From: Octopus sinensis
Taxonomy: Eukaryota
Reading direction: 5' to 3'
DNA: 64,000 nt
Assembly (NCBI RefSeq): GCF_006345805.1
Contig: NC_043003.1
Span: 33,170,001 to 33,234,000 of the forward strand
Of this stretch, positions 51,101 to 64,000 are shown one piece after another (the first letter of the stretch is position 1; the number at the start of each line of letters is the position of its first letter). The notes below the pieces were generated by a model, which had not been told where the DNA came from, made no database searches, and saw nothing but the letters and a program-made list of their open reading frames with translations. The position numbers and the translations under genes are program-made.

Positions 51101-52329
51101 TATACATATTCATACATAAAACATTAATAAAAAAGACTGAACAATTATTCCACGAAGCGTTTCAAGAAATTTTGGTTTATTTAGTGCAGAATTTAGTTTG
51201 ATCTAAACAAAAGAAACCGATTAAGGGAAATATTTCTATAGGTTATTTGGACATGAAGTGATGCAAAATTATTTTATTTATTTAAAAGGAAAGTACATTT
51301 CACCTCATGTCGATTCTTCATGTCTCAATTTATTAAATCAATCAACGAACCAAAATGAAGTTTTGTTTTATTGCATTCGAAATTTGAAGCAACATATTTC
51401 GTACAGTTTTGATAATTTAACCGTATTAAAAATGCCTTGAATAAATATATAGTATTTGGTGGCAATTGTTTATTCACAATTATCTTCTATTGCTGAAACT
51501 TCTCAAATCTTTTCATAGTTTGCGCATTCAACTGGAAATAAAATATTTGTTTCCAGTGATTTGACATTAGTATGGGTGGTTAAATCTTCAGTTGTTTTAG
51601 TAAATGACGCTACACAATATGATAATGATTTTAGAGATGAAGCGTCAAAAATACCAATACAAACATAAAACTGGATATTAGATATTATGATTGTGATTAA
51701 TGGAATCAATAAAGTTTGATTCCATCCATTGGAAAACGCCGTGGGGTAATGATAATCACTTAGTGAATTGATTTCACGGAGTAGTTTTCATACATGCTTG
51801 TTGCTGTTCTATGTAATTTATACCATTGAAGTTTATAATAAAGGTACGAATACTCCACAATCTCATTTCTCTGTAGCAATAATACCAAAGCTTTGATCGT
51901 ATGAACGAAATCATTTATTCGTTCTAACACGTATCAACCAGTCCTTAGGCAAGATCTTTTCTAATCGTGATAGATCAGTTAATTGACCAATAATGCACAA
52001 AGAATATGTCAGATAAATGGAGAGGATCGGATAAACATTTAAGAATTTATAGAACACTATTATAGATGGTTAGACGTTTGGTGTTTCTGTTCCTAACTTA
52101 GTTTGTCCAAATCCAACTCATCGAGTTTTTATTTTACATCTGATCACATCACACCTAACTAGCGACACCGTAACTTCGATGGCCAGTGTCAAGATGAGCG
52201 GTTATAATTTGGTTCGATTAAATTCCGTAAAGTGCTTCAAATCTCTGAATATCACCTATCGTAAATGCTATGCACTTCTGAAATACTAGCCCATACACTA
52301 GCGACGAAAGTTAATTCGCTATTATTATT

Positions 52330-52720
52330 AACTGGGTTGTCCTATATCAGGAGGAAGCCCTGTTGTTCAGAATTCTACATTCCAACTGCTAACTACCAAA
52401 GCATTACACATTCCATAAACAAAATCTGTTACCACGTAATATAATCCTATGCACTGTTTCCTGTCACTACTAACTTCAACAAAAATCATGTATATGTACC
52501 ATATCTTTTAACCATTGCCACAATCCTTCCCTCTTGTATCAAGGATGCTATATATGCCCTTAACATTTTTTAATGGCTTTTCATTTTCTGATGGACCCTC
52601 ATATGTCTTGTTCATCATAGACGTGAAATTTCTGTATACCGACATCACCAGTCACAGACCATTAGTGGTCTGTAAATTCTTAAATATTTTTTTCCGATCC
52701 TCTCCTTTTACCTGACATAT
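52330..52720 (+). mobile_element. Degenerate Penelope-like RT fragment
   Basis: TILPSCIKD..ALNIF, then VLFIIDVKFLYTDIT (DVKSLYTNIP-like motif), preceded by GGSPVV (GRPIVS-like). Confidence 0.6.
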
Positions 52721-52793
52721 TCTTAATCAATAATAGTTTCTTTTTCGGTGACTTTTCTCAGCAACCCAACAAAGGCTCTTATTTATGTTTCAT

Positions 52794-53035
52794 GGAGGCG
52801 CGTGGCTCAGTGGTTAGAGTTGTTGGACTCATGATCGCACAAGTAATGGTTCAGATTCCTGGACTATGCGATGCATTGTGTTCTTGAACAAAACATATTC
52901 TCTCATGTTGCTCCAGTCCACTCAGCAGGCAAACATGAATATTCTGGCCGGCGTCCCGTCCAAATGGGAATATTTACACCACAGAAACCGCTAAACCAGC
53001 CCTTTGGGTCTATATGACTCGAGAGCGGGGTTTAT
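52794..53035 (+). mobile_element. tRNA-derived SINE with a CORE-like domain
   Basis: Head ggaggcgcgtggctcagtggttagag...ggttcagattcctgg, then gttcttgaacaaaaca...gttgctccagtccactcagc. Confidence 0.7.
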
Positions 53036-53067
53036 CCATTTTTCATGTGCGTGCGTGTGTGTTTGTG

Positions 53068-53098
<31 letters not shown>

Positions 53099-53351
53099 TT
53101 AAGTTACTATGCATGTAAATTTGGATATGAATTATGCTTGCATATGAATATACTAGCGAACTCGAATATGTATTAAGGTTATAAGTTTACATGTAGGGAT
53201 GTTTGCGTTTGTTCGTTGGCTATTCTCAAATTCTGCCTATGTATGTATGTATGTATGCATGTATGTATGTATGTATGTATGTATGTATGTATGTATGTAT
53301 GTATCTATCTATCTGTCTGTCTGTCTGTCTATCTATCTATATTTATATCGA

Positions 53352-53390
<39 letters not shown>

Positions 53391-56300
53391 ATATCTATCG
53401 TCAGACTCAAATGGCTGGAGGCGTTTGAGCCTGACACGTCGTCTATACCGCTAAGGGCTGTCTAATGACACAGACGAATGAAAGGTAAAAGCTAATAATT
53501 AACATGAGTTTGATGCAAAAGGTAAAATATTGGAGGGTAAAATAGCAGAGTTGTATTCCCTACAAAGAATGGCACCAAAGCTAGGTTTACTGACTCTGTG
53601 TCTATATAGAACATATACATTATAATTTAGATACTGTATTTAGTAGAGACAGTAGAGACTCAAAATCAGAACGGGAAACAAGTGTTCATATAAATGACAT
53701 CAAATAGGTATATGTGTTCAGAGAAAAAGAAAGTAAAGGAAACTATTAGAACATATATTTTATTTGTGTATGAAGATTCAAAAAGCTAATGAATATTTAT
53801 ATGATCAGAAATTTCATTTGGTAATTAATCTTTAATTATTATTTAGCCTTCAATAAACGATCTTCTCACACTCTTCAACATCTGTTGACGGAAATTGGTA
53901 AATATCTTCTGTTAATTTTTCTTTGATAAAGCAGTGCTAGAAAATATTGAATTTCGTCTGTGTGTTAATAGTTTCAATTGTATTCCTGCCATCCTCCTGC
54001 TTAGCTTTTAGAATGAATTCGATAGGTAACAGAAATTCTATCTTTGCAGAGCAGAAATCATGCACCGATCGCAATATGTGCAAACGTGATTTAGGACAAG
54101 ATGTTGGTAACTGACTTGACCAGAATAAACTCTAGGCAATAGTAACACGACAATGAGACATAAAATGTGGTGTCATCGCAGCTCAGTATTCCATATGGAG
54201 TAAACGAAATAGATACACATATATGTTCGTATTGTGTTGGACAGACTAATAACAAATCAACATGATACGGTAGTATGTTAATTGCAATAAAACCAAATAG
54301 AATATTAGCAACTGAAAGTCACATCAGTCTACAAGTTGTAAAATAATATGTTATTGGTATATGATGTGTCGTAAATCTGTGATACGGTTTCTATTCCATT
54401 TTATAGATTTTTAATTTTATATTATATTGATATTGGAAAAGGCAAGAACGCCATACATCCTCCCTGCAGGGTTTATATGTTCTTTGTTACGATCTTGAAA
54501 ACGACTGACTTTGACCTTCTTCATCTGAAATCTTCGGAATAAATTCCGGTAAAATACCAGTGATAATTCTTCCACTAGACCATACGGAAACACTGTGATG
54601 TTATTATAATATATTATTAACTTTTGGAACATTAAATTGGTATATCTGTTACACTGTATTTACTCAATGTCTGAATCTCTGAAGTGTAACCGTAGTATAT
54701 GGAATTCAATTCATCTTGCATGTGCCATCATGGATATTACTGAGATTTATAAATTATATGGAGTCGAATTTTGTAAGTGATAACTCTTGATATCTGCATA
54801 TGAATACTCGTACGTTAAAACGAAGCATGGGTTTTGAGTAGAAGAGAATAATTTCTAAGGTACTTGAAATAACAGAAAAAAGGTAATTAGAAAAAAAGTT
54901 GCAATATTAATTGCTGTGTGACCAGATTGATTCTTCTCCGCAAGAGGATAAAAAATAACAGGGTACTCTGATCCGTGTATTTCTGTTGTGTACTTGCATT
55001 AAAGAAAATTCTTATGTTTAGATAAGCAAAAACTAACTAAACAAATAATTTTTAAAGATTTTGTTGATTGAAACAATATCAGCGACAATATTTTCCCCCC
55101 AATATTATAAAGCTCTAAACTCTGAAGGATGCAACGAAAAGGAGAAACTGTAAGCACTTTATAATCTTTCCCAAAGTAATTCGAAATGCATGTAAAGTTA
55201 TGCTGTATCGGAAGAGAATTAAAACTACACTGCTCGGTGTTAATCTGGTGAAGATAAGAGTTAAAGGTCTTATTTTCAGCAGATAAGAATTTCTCTTAGT
55301 CTAGAAAACTCGTTTCTCAAAGTAAAGAAATTATATGATTTTAGAGGAGGCGAATGAAAATCTATAATATTCATACTGTTACTGAAAGTATTTACCACAA
55401 ATGGGATGCGGAGTGATTTTTAAACCATTACTTATCAAGAAATTCGTGTTATTTGCAGAAAGCTAATTTTTGTAGATAAGAAGTAAAATTAATTGGTTCT
55501 ATAGTATTTATTTTATCTAGAGTATTGACAGACAAAAGGACAGAAGCAAGAAACTGTTTATTTATCAACTGAGAGCGCAAAAGGAAAAAAAAATTAAACA
55601 TTTTAAGGTATCTAAAAGTGTGGAACCATTTGAGGAGTGTGAGGCTGGCTAATTCTAGACAATTTGCTTCTTTTGTTGTTGTTGAACAACAAGATCAATA
55701 ACAATAACAACAACAACACTACATTTGCTGCTGCTACTACTACTACTACTACTACTACCACTACTGCAACTGCTACCTCTTCAACACCACTGCTATTGGT
55801 CCATCTAATACAACTGTTGCTGCTGCTGCTTCTTCTTCTGCTAGTGCTATTGGCTTTCCGTTGATAATTAATAATCCCTATTACCAGCACAACTGAACAC
55901 AAGGATATCACTAATACAACCACTGTGACACCGTAGTTATTGATAGAGAACATTTCTGCCGGCAGTACAAGAAGTCGCTAACGCCACAACTATTAATTCT
56001 CACTGCAGAATCCAACTGTTCCTACACCTACCAACATCGATATCATCATTCTTAATTCTCCTGCCACGACACAAAGTTATCGTAAGAGAACAACAGCAGT
56101 CTTTTCAGAAAATAATTATTTGAAATGACTGACATTCAAAAAGAACCAGCTGACAAAACGAAAAAAGTTTTCAAAATTTCTAAGACGACTATGCACATAA
56201 TAGACGAGGCGGAAGAGAAATTATTGAAGAAAACGAGGGTGTCTGTACTCTAGACTTTATTTACTTTGAGGAAGGAAGCACAAAATGAAAGAACTGATAA

Positions 56301-57951
56301 ATGAAAGAAAAAACACATCATTAAACAACATACAAGAATATCAACACAAATCAGAAAGAAAGTACTATCCTGAATAGTGAGAATGAGCGGAAATTAACGG
56401 AAATGAGGTTTTAACTGCTTCGTGAAAAATACAGTCGAACATGTAGGAGGAAACTGATTTTTTTCTTTTTTCTGAGGAGTAGAATGTGTTTAAGAAACCC
56501 AGTGTTAGATTATTTGGAGAACGTTTAACTCAAAGAGGTGTTGAGATGAAAATAAGAAAGTGCAGGAGAAGAATAGGAGGAGTAAGGGGGTGAGGAAGAA
56601 GGAGGAAAAGAAAATTAAGAGGTGACAACGTATGAGAAAAATGGTAACCAATGGGGGAAAGCGAATAAAAAAAATGTAATTAAAAAATGGAATAGTGAAG
56701 AAAAGAGATATAGGAAAGAAGAATAAAGAAAAGGAGAATACCAAAAAAAAAAAAAAATCAGAAACGGATGATGAAGAAGAAAAAGAGCAAGAAAGAAGAT
56801 ATACTGACAGAATGTAGAAATAGAGGTCAAAAACAAAAAGAAAGAAAATAAAACGACGGATAAGAAAAGGAGTAACATAAAAGATCTAGTGAAAATGGAA
56901 TAATAAAAGTAATAATGAAATTCAGAATGATATATAGAAAGAGGAGGAGGAGGAAGAGGAGATGAAAGAAAGAATGTGATAAACAACGAGAAGAGAAGGA
57001 GGGGTGGAGGGGGAGGACAAGGAGAAGATGAAATCTATTCAGTGAATATGTAACCCTGAGTAGCATTCTTTCAATGTCGGTAACCGTTTATTATAGTACT
57101 AATAATAATAATGCAAATGGAATAGTGTAATCGTCGCCAGATGTGTCACCTATGTATGCAATGGCTAGTCAGTGAAAGAGCTTCTAAGTGGTCGCAGAAT
57201 GCTAAAATTAGTAACCAAAACCTTTTCGCATGTCACCTTAAAAAATAACATTAAAATGTCTTGGAGTGCAATATTCAATGGAAAAGAAATAAAAAGGCCA
57301 AGTTTTGGCTGTTTTAGTTAGTGTCTGCCTAATCAGTGCCATCTAATGAATGGTCTAAAGCGCAACAGCACCAGCACCAGCAGCAACATCTGGAACAACA
57401 ACAATAATAACTACAATAACAAAAAAACTGCAAAAGTTAAGTATATATGAAGTATGTTGCTGGATCGGGACAACACACTGCACAGACACCTTACATGGTA
57501 AAAATAGTAGTTACATCTCCCCTCAAGTCAAACTCTTCAATTTCAAGCAAGGCAGATTACACTTGATTATGTGGTTATAGTGGTATAATTGTCAATGAGA
57601 GACCGAATGATCACGGATGAAACGCCTATGATCACAGACCTGTTCACTAAGGGATAAGTGGAGTAAAACCACTACAACAACACGATGACCCACATTCGAT
57701 GTTGACGACGACAGCGGCGACAAATCAACACAACAACAACAACAACAGCACCATCAACGGCAACAACAACAACTATAACAACAATAACGATGATTTCTAA
57801 TTCTGTTGTCAGCAAGACGGGAATTGACACGATTGTCATTAATATTCCAAGTTTTTTTTATCAATATGCTATTCTTCAAGAAGGATGTAATTAAAAATAA
57901 AAAGAAAAGAAATCGCCTGAGGCTTATAAAACTAGTTTAATAAGTGACTCA

Positions 57952-57966
57952 CAACAGATGGCGCTG
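57952..57966 (+). promoter_or_regulatory. Weaker candidate CTCF motif
   Basis: CAACAGATGGCGCTG matches the AGATGGCGC core with mismatches at the 5' end. Confidence 0.2.
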
Positions 57967-59109
57967 AAATGTGCCAATGACCTTATCGCAGAAATGTGAC
58001 CTAAGTTTTAAAAAATTTTGAAGTATGATACGATTAATTAATAAACGAAAGTAAGTGTTGCAGCTTTTGAGTCTCAGTAGTTAAAAAGACCGGTCCACGA
58101 TGCAATTGTTTTTGTCTTAAATTGATTTTAGAGTAGGAATTTCAACCGTGTTTCGTGGTCTGCTACCACAGCAGCTCCTTTACAGGACCCAGTTAGCTCA
58201 AAACATCACCAGGAGGAACCACGTCCGGTTTTGGCCCCAACTCTTCTACCGTTCTGACGTGGCAAGGCCTCCACTTTCTGACGTGTCTTCAGCTCTGGTG
58301 TTGGATGCATGTCTTCTTTCTCCTTCTTTTTTCTGTTCCCTGGCCTCTTCAAAGTAGCGTCATCGAGTGTCAGTGGGCGACTGACTGTCTTGTTAAATTT
58401 CCCTTTAAATACCTGCTGCTAGGCTCCAGCAGGCAACAAGAAGTTGTCCCGTGACACTGTCTCAGTTTTAACTGACCAATGAAGGCGCGTAGCCTTAGCC
58501 TACACGTTCCCTAAACGAGACCGTCACCTGTCAATCAGCGAAGCTAATCCAGTGTCAGCTTGTGATTTTAATTGCACAGACGAGAGTGAAAGACAGTGCC
58601 CATGACCTTTGACTGGATTCGGAATTGATGGGATGGATCAGGAAGGTATTCTCTAATCTGGCTCGAATGCTTGTAAGAAAGTTGATTCAGGTAAAGACAC
58701 CAAAGGACCAGGTGATGGTGCAGAACAGGGTAGAATTTGAACACGGCATCCAGTCCAATATTCTAATGATTCCGCTAGCGCACTGCACTAGATTATGAAA
58801 GGCAAAGGTGACCTCGTTGGGATTTGAATTGAGAACGATCCTATTAATTTGCCGCCTCTGCAAAAAAGCGAGCGAGTTGATGTGAAATTCATGTCACTTT
58901 CTTTGCTCAAAAGAACTAGAAATGTTACAGAATTGAAATCAACACAGGCATTCATGTCTGCAATTCATCGTTGTCTTTTGTTTACCTAGATAAAATCTTT
59001 CCATTCCGAAAAACGTTATTAGAATTTCTAAGTATTCTTGAAACATGTTCTTTGTGAGCCAATCATTTCTATTCCATTCTCAGCATAACCTCTTCCATTA
59101 TATTGATTT

Positions 59110-59320
59110 CAAATTTTAGCACAAGGCCAGCAACGTTGGAGGAGAGTGTAAGTCGCTTAAATCGGCACTAGTGCTCAACTGGTATTTTACTTACCAACGC
59201 CGAAAGGATGAAAGACAAAGTCGACCCCGGCGGAATTTGAACTCAGAACTTATGGACGAACGAAACGCTGCTAAGCATTTTTCCCGGCGTGCTAACGATT
59301 TTGCCAGCTCACTGCCTTAA
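59110..59320 (-). mobile_element. Family B SINE
   Basis: gcacaaggccagcaac...agtgctcaactggt...gtcgaccccggcggaatttgaactcagaac...gccagctcactgcc. Confidence 0.8.
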
Positions 59321-60257
59321 CATTTTCCATTATTTTGATTTCTTACAAAGCCAGGAGGTCACAAACATATAAGAAAAAGAATCAGGATATAGAGATATCT
59401 TTGATTTTCTTAATTTTTTTTTTTTGCTGCTGTTGTTGTAAATCTATGGTAAATATATTGTGAAAAATGGCAAATAAATATTATATCGAGACATTCTATT
59501 CAGGTAGAAGTGATATATGGCAAACAGTTAAAATCTGGAAATTTTGAATAAACGCCAGCATGACTATCGATATGACCTGGTAAACAAAACAGACTTTATT
59601 TGTAACCAGAAAAATATTAAGAAATAAGGAAAATAAGATACGAAAAAATGATAAAACAACAAAGAAACTGGGATAGTAAATGAGAAATTTGGTTGCCAAA
59701 AAAAAAAAAAATAGAGAAAGCAAAAAAAAAAGGATAAAAAAGGATATGAAAATCTTAAAAACAATTTTCCCATAAATCAAGAAAGTAATTTAAAATATAT
59801 GCTATGTGTTTGAAAATAAACTAGAGAAAATATCTATGTTAAATAGAAGTCATAAAACCCCAGCGGAACGAGAAACAAATAAAAAAATAATTATGAATAA
59901 AATGTTTTGATTTGACTATTAGTCAGAGGCTGACGCCTACAAAATTTTGCAGGACTTCCAAAACTTCTGGGCAATATATAGAAAATCATTACTTATAAAG
60001 TAAAACCTATCTACCGTGTTTCATTCAGAAGGCTTCGGTTTACTTAACGTGACAGTAGAATTCGTTTGTATAATGTCCTGCGCAGTGAGTTGGTAGAGGT
60101 ACCGTACTCATGTTTTGATCACATACCTATATCGATGTTGCTGAAGAGATACGTTGCAGTTACTTCAAATAAAGAAATTTTAAGTAACGACAGGAAAGCT
60201 TAAGAGCTAAATAGAAAAGTGAATTAAAGAGAATATATGGTTATTCATAAAGGGAAG

Positions 60258-60321
<64 letters not shown>

Positions 60322-60326
60322 CATCC

Positions 60327-60406
<80 letters not shown>

Positions 60407-60413
60407 GTCTGTT

Positions 60414-60448
<35 letters not shown>

Positions 60449-60561
60449 TGTCTGTCTATCTATCTATCTATTCATCTATCTATCTATAGGACTGTCTGTC
60501 TGTCTATATATCTATCTACCTGTGTGTGTGTGTGTGTGTGTGTGTGCATGTGTGTGTATAA

Positions 60562-60632
60562 TCGTTGGTGGTTGAGTAGTAGAATGCTGGCCAGCCATGC
60601 GGACGGCCCGGGTTCGATTCACGGCTGACGCA
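60562..60632 (+). pseudogene. tRNA-Gly(GCC) pseudogene
   Basis: 71 nt, collinear with eukaryotic tRNA-Gly(GCC): TGGTGGTT.AGT.GTAGAAT...GCC...GGCCCGGGTTCGATTC.CGGC. The anticodon GCC is retained, but there are mismatches at G1, the D arm, the anticodon stem and the T stem. Confidence 0.75.
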
Positions 60633-60645
60633 AAAATTATATTTC

Positions 60646-60813
60646 AGTAGGCACAGGTGTGGATTTGTGATAAGAAGTTTTCTTCCCAACCACAGAATTC
60701 TGGATTCTGTCCCACTGCGTGACAGCTTGAGCAAGTTTCTACTGCTATAACCTCGGACCGGCCAAAGCCTTCGTGTGCATTTGGTAGATGGAAGCTGAAA
60801 GTAGCCCGTCGTA
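60646..60813 (+). mobile_element. SINE family A, 5' half
   Basis: ggcacaggtgtgg..tgataagaag..ttcccaaccac...gtcccactgcgtg...tttggtagatggaagctgaaagtagcccgtcgt. Confidence 0.75.
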
Positions 60814-61015
60814 AATACACACACACACACACACACACAAACAATCTCGAGCAAATCTCCTGCGAGTCAACATGGGATTCCTTGATGACAGTGTAAAGGT
60901 CCTTTGATTAAGATATCTTTGACCCGACGAGTAGCTAGAGGATTACCTCTCATTTGGATAATTACTACTTGCTAGCTATGACATATGTAGCTGTGAATTT
61001 ATCAACTCAATTCCA

Positions 61016-61067
<52 letters not shown>

Positions 61068-61089
61068 TATATATATATATATATATATT

Positions 61090-61855
61090 TATATACATAC
61101 ATATATACTGTTGTGTCTGGGGAGAGTCATCCTCTTTTAGTGCCTTATAATTCAACACATTCACCGGTAAAATTTCCAAGTTCTAAATCCGCCGTGGTCG
61201 ACTATATCTTTCATCGCTTCGGGGTCAAATTACGTAACAGTTGATTACTGGGGTAGATGTAATTGACTATCCCTCTCCCCCAAATTTCAGACCCTGTGCC
61301 TATAATAGAAAGGATTATTACAGTATCAGTCATACTAATTTTTTAATTATGTCCATTAGTATTATTAATTTAAGCTTATAAGGCGGCGAGCTGGCAGAAT
61401 CACCAGCACTCCGGGCGAAATGCATTGCGGAATTTTGTCTGTTTTTACATTCTGACGTCGACTTTGCCTTTCATCCATTTGGTGTAAAATAAATTCCAGG
61501 TACGTACTGGGACCCATGTAATCGAGTAGCCCCTCCCACAAAATTTCAAACCTTGAGCCTATAGTAGGAAGGATTATTAATTTAAGCATACGCTTATGAC
61601 TTTATTTTTGATATGACAATACTATTATTGTTGTTAGGACTGCTAGCTGGTAGAATTGTTACAGCTCCGGATAATCTGCTTAGACACATTTTCTCCGTTT
61701 TTACGTTGTGCGTTCAAAAGCTTCCGGGGATCAACTTCGCCATTCATTCTTTCGGGTTCGATAAATTAAGTACCACTTGAGTACTGGAAGCTATGTAATC
61801 GACTAGAACTCTCTCCTAAAAATTGTGACTATGTGCCAAAATTTGAAACCAATAT
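61090..61855 (+). mobile_element. Cluster of three family B SINEs
   Basis: The head aaggcggcgagctggcagaatc is at 61380. The 3' ends cccccaaatttcagaccctgtgcc, acaaaatttcaaaccttgagcc and tgtgccaaaatttgaaacc mark three copies. Confidence 0.75.
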
Positions 61856-62384
61856 TGTTTTTATTGTTGTTGTTGTTAATGTTCTAACTCTGCCTCTTTG
61901 TAATTAATAAATATAACCTCTGCAGAGCACATTCTGTAGCATATCTACGAGGCATCATTTTTATCGTTGGTTCAGTTTATGAATTTATACCTTAATAGCA
62001 GACCGTTAACCCATTAACGTACATTTATAACTTCAAAGATGTTATACTCCAATAACAAATATCAGTGTTTCTTTAACTTCAATCATATTTCTTCTGTAAA
62101 GTGATCATATTTCTTCGTCTGTTTGAGTATGAATCCGCTTGACTTTTCAATATCTTATATTGTTCCCTCTGAATTATAAAATTATTGCGTATTTATTAAT
62201 TTATGTTTTCTCTTTCTTACTCTGGTTTTGTATGTGGTTTCATTTCACTTTCCTTATCTAGTCTACAATACATAGGGGACAATTGGAATCTATCAGTGCA
62301 TTTCACTTCTAATTACGAAAGTGACTGCAATATGCTTAAGATTGTAATTTTCGTAGCCGCTCGATAAGTACGCATTATATACTT

Positions 62385-62522
62385 AAGCGTGGCTATGTGG
62401 TAAGAAGCTTGCTTCCCAAACACATGGTTCCAGGCTCAGTCCCACCGCGTGGCACCTTTGGCTAGTGTTTGCTACTATAGGCTCCAACTTGGTAGACGGA
62501 AAGTGAGATAAGCCCGTCGTCT
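62385..62522 (+). mobile_element. SINE family A head
   Basis: gcgtggctatgtggtaagaagcttgcttcccaaacacatggttccaggctcagtccc...ttggtagacggaaa...gcccgtcgt. Confidence 0.75.
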
Positions 62523-63489
62523 GTGTTCGGATTGTCCTTGCACAGGGGACATCCGGACTTCCGTCTTCGCTGTGAACAAGGATTAATCTTCTGTCTTCGC
62601 TCTTTTGCACCATATGGGCTCAACTCCCCTCTTCATCTAACTCCTCTTTTCTCTCACACCTACTTGCTCTCTTCACTCTCACCCACCTCTCTTCTCTTTT
62701 GTTCCGACACCTACTGTATTCACTCCTACACACGTTCTACCTTCCATCCACTCTTTTTATCGTCACCCCTCCATCGTTAACCCACACCTACACATCCCAA
62801 CCCCACCATCCCTATACATCCCATCCCCCACACCCACACATTCCACTCCCTCACACCCCAATCCCACATACACACCCACCCCACCCCACCCCTTTACACT
62901 CACCCAACCTACACCCTACCCTTGCACCTCACAGCCTCGCATCCCCCAGCCTCGCACCCCACACACAATGCCATCATACTACACCACACACCATCACACC
63001 ATAACACAACAGACCACACATCACCTCAACACAGCACCACACCATAACATCACACCACAACACAACACACAAGACACCACACATCACATCACCACACCAC
63101 CCTGCAGACATTAGCATTGACCACTTCCAAGCACCCACACCACACCACACACTACCACACCACCCAACACACACACACGCTCTCACGTACACACGCACGC
63201 ACATCTTCATTTTGGGATCACCACTACTTTATTATCTCCCCTTCTTCCTAACTTTCCTGTCTGACCACCTTTGTCTGGCCATCGCCATGATTGACCGCTA
63301 GCCACTAAAGCTTCTTTTAATTATCTCTCTGTATATTTTCTAGCGTTCCTTTCTGTTGGAGAGCGTAGGCTCGAATCGTAAGACATTCTCACTTTCCCAG
63401 GCGTTATATAATACACATGTTTGTTGTTTACACATCTATCTTCGTCTTTTGTTTTTTTTGTAAATTCCAACTATATGTGTGTGTGTCCT

Positions 63490-63695
63490 TGTGTCAGTGT
63501 TTGTACCCACCACCGTTTGAAAACCGGTGTTGGTGCGTTTTCATCCCATAACCAGGCGGTTCAGCAAAAGAGACTGATAGAATAAGCACCAGACTTAAAA
63601 TATAAGCAATGGGGTCGATTCATTCGACTAAAAATTCAAAGCGGTGGCTCAGCTTGGCCGCAGTCTAAATGCTTAAATAAGTAAAAGATACAAAA
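63490..63695 (+). mobile_element. SINE family A, 3' half
   Basis: accggtgttggtgcgttt...ggcggttcagcaaaagagactgatagaataagc...gcggtggctcagcttggccgcagtc...gtaaaagata. Confidence 0.75.
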
Positions 63696-64000
63696 TGAAA
63701 GCTATATATATATATGTGTGTGTGTGTGGTGTGTGTGTGTGTTTGTGTATGTGTGTGTGTGTGTGTGTATTTGTGTGTGTGTGTGTATACATATATTCAA
63801 AATACCTTCTAAAAATGCGGAGATAAAAACCTCCAAATGGCAGGGCAAGTGTAGACACATTTTTTTGACGCTACTCTTCTGAAGATCGTCCTTTGCGTCC
63901 GAAATATGTAAAGATTTTACGACATTCATCTCTGCATTGTTAGAAGATTTTCCCAATCCACTTATCATTCTACTTCTGCGCTACAATGCATCAAGCGAAC

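Noticed and set aside
54417-54632. 71-codon minus ORF or candidate exon
   Set aside because: Two frames are equally plausible, no family was recognised, and splice signals are marginal.
58140-58195. Minus-strand cctgtaaaggagctgctgtggtagcagaccacgaaacacggtt, resembling a decayed PLE hammerhead
   Set aside because: The core CUGAnGA is broken, helix II is not adjacent to GAAA and helix I does not pair. No PLE coding motif was recognised in 58200-58750.
62690-63230. C/A-rich degenerate repeat giving His/Pro/Thr-rich ORFs
   Set aside because: It is a decayed (CA)n/(CACAC)n low-complexity tract, and is neither telomeric TTAGGG nor coding.
361-63968. The many ORFs rich in YI/HT/CV dipeptides or poly-I/L/N/S/H/R
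   Set aside because: They are translations of (AT)n, (CA)n, (ATAC)n, (ATCT)n and trinucleotide microsatellites that lack stops in some frames, not genes.
1-64000. CRISPR arrays, rRNA genes or prokaryotic operons
   Set aside because: There are no regularly spaced repeat-spacer units, rRNA-like sequence or dense ORF packing. The window is eukaryotic repeat-rich DNA.

Overview
This is a repeat-dense, AT-rich animal genomic window. The SINE families look like those of Octopus, which is an inference from recognising the repeats and was not tested. I cannot support any host protein-coding gene, and nearly all supplied ORFs are microsatellite read-throughs. The window holds (AT)n/(CA)n/trinucleotide microsatellites, at least three tRNA-derived SINE families, LINE remnants (CR1, Tx1/L1, Dong/R4), Tc1 and mariner relics, a tRNA-Gly pseudogene, an old ~2.7-kb tandem duplication and a 100-N gap (24301-24400). 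The main signal is a set of Penelope-like element (PLE) sequences carrying minimal type-I hammerhead ribozyme (HHR) motifs with palindromic helix III. Three unrelated fold-back elements (18035-23225, 45772-46212, 49358-49621) each carry one HHR motif per arm, and both arms read outward. The smallest looks like a MITE, but its hammerhead core has the C3-G8 pair swapped to G3-C8 (GUGAACA instead of CUGAnGA), so a standard motif search would miss it. All structures were read by eye, with no folding, alignment or database search. Coordinates of degenerate repeats are approximate (about +/-20 bp).
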